A stretch of DNA of 64,000 bases from Deltaproteobacteria bacterium. Its GTDB lineage: Bacteria > Desulfobacterota > Syntrophia > Syntrophales > UBA8958. The notes beneath the pieces are model-generated. The model worked only from the letters and a program-made list of their open reading frames with translations. It was not told where the DNA came from and did not search any database. Below, piece after piece: positions 27,553 through 36,957 of this stretch. Each line of letters opens with the position of its first letter. Position 1 is the stretch's first letter. The position numbers and the translations under genes were made by a program. The stretch is taken from the NCBI GenBank assembly GCA_029553375.1, contig JAKPCH010000069.1, positions 2,972 through 66,971 on the forward strand, in the 5' to 3' direction.

Positions 27553-28764
27553 ATGATGAGAAAAATTGGGATCATCGTAGTGGTTTTGGCCGTATGCCTC
27601 TGGGCAATGGCACCCGATGCCGGGGCCGCGGCAAAGCCCATCAAGGTGGGGGCCGCCATCAACACGACCGGACCCGCCTCGACCTGGGGTCAGTACCACG
27701 CGAAGGGACAGCAGGATTATTTCCGCTACGTCAACGAGGTGAAGGGGGGCGTCGGGGGACGCAAGATCGAGATGATCCTCGTGGACACGGCCTACAAGGT
27801 GCCCGAGGCGGTGGCGGCGGTGAGGAAATTCGCCGTCCAGGATAAGGTGGACATGATCGCCACCTGGGGTGCCGGTGAGGGTCTGGCCGCCAAGCCGATT
27901 ATCCAGCAATACCGAATTCCGACGATAAACTACTCCACGAGCTGGGAGATCCTGGAGAAGCCCATCAATTACATGTATCTCCCCTTCGGCAGTTATAAGA
28001 TGGACTGTATGGCCATTCTCGACTACATCAAGGCCGTTCACCGCGGCAGGGAAAAGCCGAAGGTAGGCCTCCTGACCTTCAACAACGCCTATGGTCGTTC
28101 AATTCACAAACCGAGCATGGAATACGCCCGCAAAATAGGGGTGGACATCGTCGCCGTCGAGGAATTCCCCCCTAAATCCGTCGACTTGACGACGGAGCTC
28201 CTGCGGCTGCAAAAGAGCGGGGCGGAATACGTCTTCATGCAGATGCTGCCTTCGGCCATCATCACCACCTTCAAGAGCGCCGACCGGATCAACTATCACC
28301 CCGTGTTCCTGGGCACCTGGACATCTACGGACCCCGATTTCTTCAAGCTGGGGCGCGGCCTCATCAAAGACCGCCTGGTGATGCAATTCCCCGGCGGCCT
28401 GCCGTCGGACAACACACCGGGGGTCAAGATCCTGACGGAACTGTGGCGACGCTACAAGACCGTCGATCGTTTCGACGCCTCCTACTGGGAGGGTGTGGTG
28501 ATCGCCATGATCATGGAGCGGGCCTTCGTCAGGGCTCATGAAAAGTACGGCACCGTCGACAGGGAGACCATCAACAAGGCCCTGGAGGGATTCCGCAACG
28601 AAAGTTTCGGCGGTCTCTTCCCGGACGTGACCTACACCCCCACGAACCACTCGGCGTCCTTCAAGGCCCGGATCGTTCAGGTTCATGAGAACGGGTCCTA
28701 TACCCCCCTCACCGCCTTCTTCACGCCGGGGAAGGAGAAGATCCGTTTCGTGAAGGCCCGATGA
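27553..28764 (+). CDS. ABC transporter periplasmic substrate-binding protein, LivK/LivJ (type I PBP) family
   Basis: 403 aa with signal peptide MMRKIGIIVVVLAVCLWAMAPDAGA. IKVGAAINTTGPAS and VDTAYKVPEAVAAVRKF are typical of Leu/Ile/Val/aromatic-acid binding proteins. Confidence 0.9.
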   Translation: MMRKIGIIVVVLAVCLWAMAPDAGAAAKPIKVGAAINTTGPASTWGQYHAKGQQDYFRYVNEVKGGVGGRKIEMILVDTAYKVPEAVAAVRKFAVQDKVDMIATWGAGEGLAAKPIIQQYRIPTINYSTSWEILEKPINYMYLPFGSYKMDCMAILDYIKAVHRGREKPKVGLLTFNNAYGRSIHKPSMEYARKIGVDIVAVEEFPPKSVDLTTELLRLQKSGAEYVFMQMLPSAIITTFKSADRINYHPVFLGTWTSTDPDFFKLGRGLIKDRLVMQFPGGLPSDNTPGVKILTELWRRYKTVDRFDASYWEGVVIAMIMERAFVRAHEKYGTVDRETINKALEGFRNESFGGLFPDVTYTPTNHSASFKARIVQVHENGSYTPLTAFFTPGKEKIRFVKAR

Positions 28765-29573
28765 AGTCGTTCCGCGGCGAACCGTCCATCTTCCGCGACC
28801 GGGACCACCGGGAAAGGCAGGCTGAACTTACCGTCACTGATGTCTCCCTGTCTTTCGGGGGCGTCAAGGCCCTCCAGGACGTGAGTCTCCAGGTAAATAC
28901 GGGGGAGATCCTCGCCGTCATTGGACCCAACGGTGCCGGCAAGACGAGCCTCATGAACTGTATCACCGGTTTCTACCGCCCCCAGAGAGGCAGTATCGTC
29001 TTCAACGGCCGCGACATCACCCGCCTGAAGCCCCATGAGCTCGTCAAGGTCGGCATCGGCCGGACCTTTCAAAACATCGAGTTGTTCCCCGGCATGACCG
29101 TCTTGTCGAACATGCTCCTGGCGCGCCATGTTCACTGCCGCTACCCCTTTCTCGGGGCGGTTTTGTTCCTGCCCCGCGTCCGCAGGGAGGAGGTTCGCCA
29201 CCGCCGGGTCCTGGAGGAGATCATCGACTTCTTGGAACTGCAGGCGATCAGGAAGAAGACCGTGGCCTCCTTGCCCTACGGACTGATGAAGCGGGTGGAG
29301 CTCGGCCGGGCCATGGCCCTGGAACCGCGCCTGTTGGTCCTGGACGAGCCCTTCGCCGGCATGACCCTGGAGGAGAAGGAGGACATGGTTCGTTTCATCA
29401 GGGAGCTGAACGAGGCCTGGGGGCAGACCATGATCCTGGTGGAACACGACATGTCCATCGTCATGAGCATCTCCACCCGGGTGGTGGTCCTGAATTTCGG
29501 CCAGAAATTGGCCGAGGGGGTCCCCGAGGACATCATCAACGACCCGGAGGTCATCCGTGCCTACCTGGGATAA
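28761..29573 (+). CDS. ABC transporter ATP-binding protein, LivG type
   Basis: Walker A GPNGAGKTS, signature LPYGLMKRVELGRA and Walker B LLVLDEPFAGM. There is an ATGA overlap with the SBP stop. Confidence 0.9.
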   Translation: MKSFRGEPSIFRDRDHRERQAELTVTDVSLSFGGVKALQDVSLQVNTGEILAVIGPNGAGKTSLMNCITGFYRPQRGSIVFNGRDITRLKPHELVKVGIGRTFQNIELFPGMTVLSNMLLARHVHCRYPFLGAVLFLPRVRREEVRHRRVLEEIIDFLELQAIRKKTVASLPYGLMKRVELGRAMALEPRLLVLDEPFAGMTLEEKEDMVRFIRELNEAWGQTMILVEHDMSIVMSISTRVVVLNFGQKLAEGVPEDIINDPEVIRAYLG

Positions 29574-31491
29574 CCCGTTGTCGACGATACCGCAGGTTCT
29601 CGTCAAACAGGCCGAGGTGCTGGGAGACGGGGTCTGCGCCATCCGGGAGAAGGCCTACGGCATCTGGCAGACCTATTCATGGGCCGACTATCTCCGCTAC
29701 GTGCGTAAAACGTCCCTGGGTCTGTTCGAGATCGGATTGAGGAGGGGCGAGATCCTCGCCATGATCACGGACAACAACCCCGAGTGGCTCTTTTCCGAGA
29801 TCGGCGCCCAGGCCTTGGGGTGTCCCACCATCAATCTCTTCACCTCTTCCATCCCCGAGGAGTTACGATTCGCCCTCAACAGGATCGGGGCCGCCGTCGT
29901 CATCGCCCAGGACCAGGAACAGGTGGACAAGCTCCTCGAGATCCGGGAGAAGATCCCCCACGTCCGTGCCGTCGTGGCCCTGGACCCCACGGGGATGAGG
30001 GGATACTGGGACGATCCCTGGATCATGCCCTTCCGGCGCCTCCTCGACCTGGGCGAGGCGAAGGAGAGGGAAAACCCCGACCTCTTCATGGAGATGGTGA
30101 AAAGGGGAAAGGGGGGCGACACGGCCGTCATGATCCAGACCTCGGGCACGACGGGGGTGTCCAAACAGGCCATGTTGACCCACGGCGGGATCCTCGCCAT
30201 GGGACGGAAGTGGAAAGAGCTCCTGGCCATCAAGCCGGGTGAAAACTGGCTCTCCATGTCCCCCCCGGCGTGGATCGTGGACCAGATGTGGGGGATGGGC
30301 GTGGCCGTCGTGACGGGCATGACCATGAACTTCCCGGAGACACCCGAGACGATTCTGGAGGATTTCCGCGAGATCGGACCCTCCATCGTCATCACCTCCT
30401 CTCGGTTCTGGGAGGACATGGCCTCCCGTATCCGCGTCCGCATCGCCGACGCGGGTTTCGTCAAAAAGACCTTGTTCCGGTGGGGAGAGAGCGTGGGGCG
30501 GAAGGTGATGGGGAAGCGCTTCGCCGGACAAGAGGTGTCCCTTGCCCTGGAGTTGCTCCACAAGGCGGCGGACAGGATCGTTTACCGGCCCCTCTTGGAT
30601 CGCGTGGGGTGCTCGGGTCTCCGGGCGGCCCTCACGGGCGGGCATCCCATCAGTCCCGACGTGATTCTCTTCTTCCGCGCCGTCGGTCTCAACCTCAAGC
30701 AGTGTTACGGCCTGACGGAGGGGGGAGGCATCTTCCAGGTCCAACCGGATGACGAGGTGAAGCTGGAGACCGTCGGCAGGTCCCTGCCGGGGGTGCAGGT
30801 TCGCCTGTCGGAAGAGCAGGAGGTCCTGGTGAAGAGCGAGACCCTCTTTGTCGGCTACTGGCGAGACTACACCGCCACGGAGGCCGCCTTCACCGCCGAC
30901 GGCTGGCTCAAGACGGGAGACGCCGGCTATATCGACGACGACGGTCACCTCATCATCATCGGCCGGAAAGAGGACATCATCAGGGACAAGAAGGGGAACG
31001 CCTTTTCGCCCGATTTCATCGAGACGCGTCTGAAGTTCAGCCCCTTCATCAAGGAGGCCGTGGTCTTCGGAGAGGGAAGACCGTACATCACCGCCCTGAT
31101 CAACATCGACATGGAAAACGTCGGCAGCTGGGCGGAGGAACGCCTGATACCTTACACCACCTACACGGACCTCTCCCAGCAGAGCGCGGTGGAGGAGTTG
31201 ATCCTGTCGGAGGTGCGGACGGTCAACAAACAGCTGCCGCCGGTGATGCGGGTGAGGAAGTTCATCCTCCTGTACAAGCTCCTCGACGCCGACGACGAGG
31301 AATTGACCAGAACGGGAAAGGTAAGGCGCCGCTTTGTCTACGGCGTGTACATCAAGCTCATCGAGGCCATGTACCGCAATCTCAAGGAATTGGACGTGAC
31401 GGGGAAGATCCGGTACCGCGACGGCAGGGTGGGTGAGATCAGCACCCGCGTCAAGGTCATCGAGGTCCCCCAGGACGACGCGACCGCCTAA
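29557..31491 (+). CDS. AMP-forming acyl-CoA synthetase embedded in the ABC transporter operon
   Basis: 644 aa with motifs IQTSGTTGVSKQAMLTHG, CYGLTEGG and TGDAGYIDDDGHL. The GTG start at 29557 overlaps the livG-type 3' end by 17 nt. Confidence 0.85.
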   Translation: MPTWDNPLSTIPQVLVKQAEVLGDGVCAIREKAYGIWQTYSWADYLRYVRKTSLGLFEIGLRRGEILAMITDNNPEWLFSEIGAQALGCPTINLFTSSIPEELRFALNRIGAAVVIAQDQEQVDKLLEIREKIPHVRAVVALDPTGMRGYWDDPWIMPFRRLLDLGEAKERENPDLFMEMVKRGKGGDTAVMIQTSGTTGVSKQAMLTHGGILAMGRKWKELLAIKPGENWLSMSPPAWIVDQMWGMGVAVVTGMTMNFPETPETILEDFREIGPSIVITSSRFWEDMASRIRVRIADAGFVKKTLFRWGESVGRKVMGKRFAGQEVSLALELLHKAADRIVYRPLLDRVGCSGLRAALTGGHPISPDVILFFRAVGLNLKQCYGLTEGGGIFQVQPDDEVKLETVGRSLPGVQVRLSEEQEVLVKSETLFVGYWRDYTATEAAFTADGWLKTGDAGYIDDDGHLIIIGRKEDIIRDKKGNAFSPDFIETRLKFSPFIKEAVVFGEGRPYITALINIDMENVGSWAEERLIPYTTYTDLSQQSAVEELILSEVRTVNKQLPPVMRVRKFILLYKLLDADDEELTRTGKVRRRFVYGVYIKLIEAMYRNLKELDVTGKIRYRDGRVGEISTRVKVIEVPQDDATA

Positions 31492-31521
31492 AGCGATTCA
31501 GTATTTTAACGAGGAAAGAGA

Positions 31522-32400
31522 ATGGACTTCTTCCTGCAACTGCTCGTGAACGGCCTCAGTATCGGTTTCCTCTACGGCCTTTCGGCCATGGGGTTCGTCA
31601 TGATCTTCAAATCCTCGAGCGTGTTGAACTTCGCCCACGGGGAGCTCATCGCCTTCGGCGCCTATCTCTTTTTGGTCCTCTGCTCATGGGCCCAGCTGTC
31701 ATTGCCCCTGTCCTTCCTTCTCACCCTGGCGGGTTGTTTCCTCCTGGGCTTCGCCGTGGAGAGGGTCTTCCTGCGCCCCCTCATCGGTGAGCCCCTCATC
31801 TTCGTCATCATGCTCACCGTGGGCCTCGCGGCCATGTTCAAGGGATCGATCCTCTTGGTCTTCGGCGGCAATCTCCATACCTATCCCGATTTCCTCCCTC
31901 CCTGGCTCGGTTTGACGTGGGGGAGCGTCTCCCTCCAGCCCGTGTACACCGTCACCCTCATCATCGGCACGGCCTTTTTGATCCTCTTCGGACTCTTTTT
32001 CAAGTTCTCCTCCCAGGGCATCTACATGAGGTCCGTGGCGGACAACCAGCGGGCCGCCCTTTCCCTGGGCGTGCACGTCAAGAGGGTCTTCGCCCTCTCG
32101 TGGGCCATAGCGGCCCTCGTGGCGGGCATGAGCGGCATCGTCCTCGGGATCATCAACGGCGTGAACGTCCATGATCTCAGCGGCATCGGTCTGAAGGTGT
32201 TTCCCGTCGTCATCCTCGGTGGTCTCGACAGTATCGGCGGTGCCATAATCGGGGGCATCATCATCGGTGTCCTCGAGGCGCTGACGGGGGGTTACATCTC
32301 CCCGTCTCTCAAGGACGTCATCCCATACATCGTCCTTGTCTTCATCCTCATGGTGAAGCCCTACGGCCTCTTCGGTCAGGTGGAGATTGAGAGGGTGTAA
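31522..32400 (+). CDS. Branched-chain/hydrophobic-substrate ABC permease, LivH type
   Basis: 292 aa, polytopic. It starts MDFFLQLLVNGLSIGFLYGLSAMGFVMIF and contains NFAHGE, both typical of LivH. Confidence 0.9.
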   Translation: MDFFLQLLVNGLSIGFLYGLSAMGFVMIFKSSSVLNFAHGELIAFGAYLFLVLCSWAQLSLPLSFLLTLAGCFLLGFAVERVFLRPLIGEPLIFVIMLTVGLAAMFKGSILLVFGGNLHTYPDFLPPWLGLTWGSVSLQPVYTVTLIIGTAFLILFGLFFKFSSQGIYMRSVADNQRAALSLGVHVKRVFALSWAIAALVAGMSGIVLGIINGVNVHDLSGIGLKVFPVVILGGLDSIGGAIIGGIIIGVLEALTGGYISPSLKDVIPYIVLVFILMVKPYGLFGQVEIERV

Positions 32401-33471
32401 ATGAAGAAACTGAGATTCCACCCCTGCGGCAACTTTCGGGAAAGGTACGAGCAGGAACTGACGGTCTTCGAGACCGACTTCGGCCGTCTCTGGACGACTT
32501 TGGGAATTGTGGCCCTCTTCGCCCTCGTGCCCTTCGTCGCCTCGCCCTACACCCTTTACGTGATAAACACCATCGGCATCGTGGCCATCGCCGCCGTCGG
32601 GCTCAACATCCTCATCGGCTACACCGGCCAGATCTCCCTCGGCCACGGCGCCTTCTTCGGCGTCGGGGCCTACGGGGCCGCCGTCCTGGCCACGCGCTGG
32701 GATTGGCCCCTCGCGGCCGCCGTTCCCGCGGCGGGCCTGATCACCGCCCTGGTGGGCATGGTCTTCGGCCTGCCGTCCAGCCGCCTCAAGGGCCTCTACC
32801 TGACCATCGCCACCCTGGCGGGGCAATTCATCATCGAATACGTCCTCGTCCACTGGGACACGGTGACCATGGGGACCATGGGCATCACCCTCCCGCCCCC
32901 TTCCCTGTGGGGATGGGAGATCAGGGGGGACGTGGGTTTCTTCTATCTGATCTTTCCCGTCTTCATCCTCATGCTCTGGATGGCCGTGAACCTGATGCGC
33001 ACGAAATACGGCCGGGCCTTCGTCGCCATCAGGGACAACGACCGGGCCGCGGAGGGGATGGGTATCGCCATCTTCCCTTACAAGCTCCTCTCCTTCGCCA
33101 TCAGCTCCTTCTACGCCGGGGTGGCCGGCGCCCTCTTCGCCTATTACACCGTCAGCATCACCACGGAACCCTTCAATCTCGCCCTGTCCGTGGAATATAT
33201 CGCCATGGTCATCATCGGGGGCATGGGCAACATGGCGGGGGCCGTGTTCGGGGCCGTCTTCATAACGGTCTTGAACGAGATCCTGAGGTGGGGCACCGAC
33301 ATGATGATGAATATGGGGATCTTCGGATCCATGGGCTTGAACATGGCACCCCTGAGAGAGTTCGTTTTCGGTCTCGCCATCGTTATTTTCATCATCTTCG
33401 AGCCCCGGGGCCTGGCGGAGGTGTGGCGTATCTGGCGCTCGAGTTTCCGCCTGTGGCCCTTCTCCTATTAG
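32401..33471 (+). CDS. ABC permease, LivM type
   Basis: 356 aa with LNILIGYTGQISLGHGAFFGVGAY, typical of LivM. It starts immediately after the livH-type stop. Confidence 0.9.
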   Translation: MKKLRFHPCGNFRERYEQELTVFETDFGRLWTTLGIVALFALVPFVASPYTLYVINTIGIVAIAAVGLNILIGYTGQISLGHGAFFGVGAYGAAVLATRWDWPLAAAVPAAGLITALVGMVFGLPSSRLKGLYLTIATLAGQFIIEYVLVHWDTVTMGTMGITLPPPSLWGWEIRGDVGFFYLIFPVFILMLWMAVNLMRTKYGRAFVAIRDNDRAAEGMGIAIFPYKLLSFAISSFYAGVAGALFAYYTVSITTEPFNLALSVEYIAMVIIGGMGNMAGAVFGAVFITVLNEILRWGTDMMMNMGIFGSMGLNMAPLREFVFGLAIVIFIIFEPRGLAEVWRIWRSSFRLWPFSY

Positions 33472-34272
33472 GTGCGCGATATGTTATTGACGATCAACAA
33501 TATTTCCGTCGTCTACTCCGACGTGATCCAGGTCCTCAAGGGGGTGTCCCTGAGGGTGGAAGAGGGGCAAATCGTCTCCCTCCTGGGGGGGAACGGCGCC
33601 GGCAAGACGACGACCCTCAAGGCCGTCTCGGGTCTGTTGAAACCGGAAAACGGGCGGGTCACGGACGGCGAGATCATCTTCGCCGGCTCCCCCATCCACA
33701 ATCTCAGCCCGGAAGAGATCACCAGGAAGGGCATCATCCAGGTCCTGGAGGGCCGCCAGCCCTTCAAGTACCTGACGGTCGAGGAGAATCTCCGGGTGGG
33801 GACGGCCATCCGTTTCGGGAAACCCTACCAGGAAGATCTTAAGCTGGTTTATTCCTACTTCCCCGCCCTCCTCAACCGCCGGAAGATGAAGGCCGGTTAC
33901 TGCAGCGGCGGGGAACTGCAGATGCTCGTCATGGGCCGCGCCCTCATGGCCCACCCGCGTTTGCTCCTCCTCGACGAACCTTCGTTGGGCCTGGCCCCCC
34001 TGGTGGTCCGCGAGATCTTCGGGATCATCAAGAGGATCAACGAGGAGCAGGGGACGACGATCGTCCTGGTGGAGCAGAACGCCAACATGGCCCTTCAGAT
34101 CGCCCATTACGGCTACGTCATGGAGAACGGCAAGATCGTCATGGAGGGACCGGCGGAAGAGCTGAGAGAGAATCCCGATATCAAGGAATTCTATCTCGGC
34201 GTTTCCGCCGCAGGGGCCCTGAAGAGTTACCGGGACGTGAAGTCCTACCGGCGGAGAAAACGCTGGCTGTAA
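33472..34272 (+). CDS. ABC transporter ATP-binding protein, LivF type
   Basis: Walker A GGNGAGKTT, signature CSGGELQML and Walker B LLLLDEPSLGL. The start is either GTG 33472 or ATG 33481. Confidence 0.9.
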   Translation: MRDMLLTINNISVVYSDVIQVLKGVSLRVEEGQIVSLLGGNGAGKTTTLKAVSGLLKPENGRVTDGEIIFAGSPIHNLSPEEITRKGIIQVLEGRQPFKYLTVEENLRVGTAIRFGKPYQEDLKLVYSYFPALLNRRKMKAGYCSGGELQMLVMGRALMAHPRLLLLDEPSLGLAPLVVREIFGIIKRINEEQGTTIVLVEQNANMALQIAHYGYVMENGKIVMEGPAEELRENPDIKEFYLGVSAAGALKSYRDVKSYRRRKRWL

Positions 34273-34494
34273 ACGGCGGGGCATCCGATTTTGCCGGATT
34301 TCACATGATCCGTACACGGTGATCTTCGGGCTTCAGCTCTCGGACCGCCGCCCCGCTTATCCTTCATAAATTTGAAAGGGCAGCCGGTTACGGCTGCGGG
34401 TAATAGACCGGAACCTGAAAATAGGCCCCATAGTCGACGCCCGGAAAGGGTCCCAGGACCTCAAGGCGCCGGAGCAATCCCTTCTGTCCCTTTC

Positions 34495-34544
34495 TTTCGT
34501 TTCTCGTCCCATCCCCCCGGCGGCGGGGTGGACGAGAGACGAAA
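34495..34544. other. Long imperfect GC-rich hairpin in the livF/recJ convergent spacer (possible bidirectional terminator)
   Basis: A 14-bp stem pairs 34495-34508 with 34531-34544, with one G.U pair. An inner CCCC/GGGG pairing is also possible. There is no U-tract on either strand. Confidence 0.3.
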
Positions 34545-34600
34545 CACACGGACCTGGATGGGAAGAAAAAGTATGTCTAGACGGGGGATAGGGGGAGGAG

Positions 34601-36346
34601 CTAGCCGATCGCGTCCCGCAGGGCGAGGTCCCTGACCTTCAACTGGATCTCCGAGGCGCCGTTCCAGTTATTGATCTGGGGGGTGAAGGCGATGTCGGAG
34701 GTGGCGCTCCGGACGTAGGAAACAAACTGGCCGCGGCTGAACCAGATGGAATTGCAGGTGACGCCGTCGCCGACCACCCGCATCCGCAGGTGATTGTTCC
34801 CCACGACGCTGCTTGACGTGATGCTGACGTTTCGGGCGCACAGGACCGGTTCCTGGTTTCGGCTCCCGAAGGGGGCCAGGAGGGAGAGCTGGGAGAGGAG
34901 ATCGTAGTTGACTTCCCGCAAATCGCAGTAGGTGTCGATGATGGTCTGGGAGACCATGGCATCCATGTCGATATCCGCCTCGATGACCTCCTCGAGCTGC
35001 TTGGCGAATTCCCTGATGTCCTCCTCCCTGATCGATATGCCCGCGGCGAATTGATGACCGCCATAAGAGAGGAGGAAGGAATCGCACTTTCTCAAACCTT
35101 CGTAGATATTGAAGGTCGCAATTGACCTCCCCGAACCCTTTCCGATGCCGTCCCTCAGGCTGATGAGGATGGCGGGACGACAGAAACGATCCACGAGGCG
35201 GGAGGCCACGATACCGATAACCCCGGGGTGCCAGTCCCGGGAGGCGAAAACGAGGGATCTCGTCTTGGCGGCGTCCATGTCGGATCCGATCTTTTCCAGG
35301 ATCTCCTGGAGGATGGACCTCTCGATGGTCTGGCGTTTACGGTTGTATGCGTCCAGACGCCGGGCCAGATCCAGGGCCTCTTCCCGGTCATCCGTCAACA
35401 GGAGCTCCACGGCCTCCCGGGGTGAACCGACCCTCCCGGCGGCGTTGATGCGGGGGATGAGGCAGAAGGAGGCCTTAGACGAGTCGATGACCTGGCTGTG
35501 TATCCCGCTTATCTCCTTGAGGGCGGAAAGACCGACCCGCCGATCCTCCGTGATGAGATCGAGGCCGATCTTGGCGAAAATACGGTTTTCGCCGATGAGG
35601 GGAGAGATGTCCCCGATGGTCCCCAGGGCCACCAGGTCCAGGTATTCCCTGAGGTTGGGGTAGGGGTAGCGGGACCAGAAACCTTCCCGGCGCAGGCGTT
35701 CCCGGAGGGCGATGATAAAGTTGAAGGCGATGCCCACGCCCGCCAGATAACGGAAGGGGTAACGGCAATCGGGCCGGTTGGGGTTGATGACCGCCGCAGC
35801 CTCGGGGATGGTATCGGGCACCTCGTGATGGTCGAGGATGATGACATCCATCCCCTGCGACCGGGCGTAGGCGACCAGTTCGGCATCGGAGATGCCGCAG
35901 TCGACGGTGACGATGAGGGATACCCCTTCCTCCCTCAGGCGGTCGATGGCGGGACGGTTGAGACCGTATCCCTCGGCGCAGCGGTCGGGGATGTAGTAAT
36001 CGCACCTGTCCGTCAGAGGTCTCAGAAACCGGAGCAGAACAACGACGGCCGTGATCCCGTCGGCGTCATAGTCCCCGTAGATGGTGATCCTCTCCTTGTT
36101 GATGACGGCCTTGATCAGACGGGCCACCCCCTTGTCCATGTCTTTCATGAGAAAGGGGTTGTGGAGGTTTTTCAATGAAGGGTGGAGAAACTGTTTGGCC
36201 TCGTCGACGTTGGTAATGCCGCGCCCGCCCAAGATCCGGGAGACAACGGGCAACAGGCCCAGTTCCCGGCTCAGTTCATCTTCTATGGTACCGTTGCGAC
36301 TGGGGAAATGCCATCGCGTAACGGGCAGGCACAACTGCTCCATCAT
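34601..36346 (-). CDS. recJ: Single-stranded-DNA-specific exonuclease RecJ
   Basis: 581 aa with DHH-family motifs YGDYDADGITA, TVDCGI and ILDHHE, plus the DHHA1 motif GGHQFAAG. Confidence 0.9.
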   Translation of the reverse strand: MMEQLCLPVTRWHFPSRNGTIEDELSRELGLLPVVSRILGGRGITNVDEAKQFLHPSLKNLHNPFLMKDMDKGVARLIKAVINKERITIYGDYDADGITAVVVLLRFLRPLTDRCDYYIPDRCAEGYGLNRPAIDRLREEGVSLIVTVDCGISDAELVAYARSQGMDVIILDHHEVPDTIPEAAAVINPNRPDCRYPFRYLAGVGIAFNFIIALRERLRREGFWSRYPYPNLREYLDLVALGTIGDISPLIGENRIFAKIGLDLITEDRRVGLSALKEISGIHSQVIDSSKASFCLIPRINAAGRVGSPREAVELLLTDDREEALDLARRLDAYNRKRQTIERSILQEILEKIGSDMDAAKTRSLVFASRDWHPGVIGIVASRLVDRFCRPAILISLRDGIGKGSGRSIATFNIYEGLRKCDSFLLSYGGHQFAAGISIREEDIREFAKQLEEVIEADIDMDAMVSQTIIDTYCDLREVNYDLLSQLSLLAPFGSRNQEPVLCARNVSITSSSVVGNNHLRMRVVGDGVTCNSIWFSRGQFVSYVRSATSDIAFTPQINNWNGASEIQLKVRDLALRDAIG

Positions 36347-36517
36347 GGTTATAAGACTGAGACCTCTTGTTTGTCGGCTCTCCGATCTTATTCATAAGGA
36401 AGGCAAAGTCAAGGGGAATTCTGCCGCCGCCGGCTGGAACCCGGAGGTCGATCCGAGTTGCGCCTTGATTTTTTGACTCTCTTGGGGATAGTAAGGGGAC
36501 AGGAAGGAGGAGCGTCT

Positions 36518-36934
36518 ATGGGAAAAACACCGAAAGTAACTGTATATGGGATCGTTCTTGTTCTTCCCCTCCTGATGGCCATGAGTTCCCTCACGGGGTC
36601 CTCCCCGGACACGATCCCCAAACCGGCCAAATCCTTCAAGGCCGTTTTCATCGATCAGATGGATGTGACCACGGAGGTTCGGGACGTGACCATCGAGGGG
36701 GGCGTGTTCGTGGAGGGCAAGGTGGGGGAGGGTACCGTCACCGTCGCCTTCGACAAAATGAGCGAGATGACGCCCCTGATGAGAGACGGCAGATTGTGGG
36801 GTAATATCAAGCTGAGGGACGGCAACACGGTGGAGATCGTCCTCAACAAGACCCATCGCGCCTACGGCCGGACGCCTTACGGGACCTTCCAGATCCGCCT
36901 TTCCGATGTCAAGAAGATGAAATTGCTCCATTAG
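36518..36934 (+). CDS. Small secreted/membrane-anchored hypothetical protein
   Basis: ORF 36458..36934 trimmed to ATG 36518, with GGAAGGAGG 7 nt upstream. The N-terminal hydrophobic segment is VTVYGIVLVLPLLMAMSSL. No family recognised. Confidence 0.55.
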   Translation: MGKTPKVTVYGIVLVLPLLMAMSSLTGSSPDTIPKPAKSFKAVFIDQMDVTTEVRDVTIEGGVFVEGKVGEGTVTVAFDKMSEMTPLMRDGRLWGNIKLRDGNTVEIVLNKTHRAYGRTPYGTFQIRLSDVKKMKLLH

Positions 36935-36957
36935 TTACAAGAGGCGGGACCCTTCCC

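Noticed and set aside
27316-28041. 241-aa minus-strand ORF across the transporter leader and the SBP gene
   Set aside because: It is antisense to a clear LivK-type gene with a signal peptide, and it crosses two terminator hairpins and T-tracts.
34372-34635. 87-aa plus-strand ORF in the livF/recJ spacer, and faint SRP/RNase P-like strings (CCGGAAAGGGTCC)
   Set aside because: The ORF product is Arg/Pro/Gly-rich, has no SD and runs into recJ antisense. The RNA motifs match only 6-8 nt of the conserved cores.
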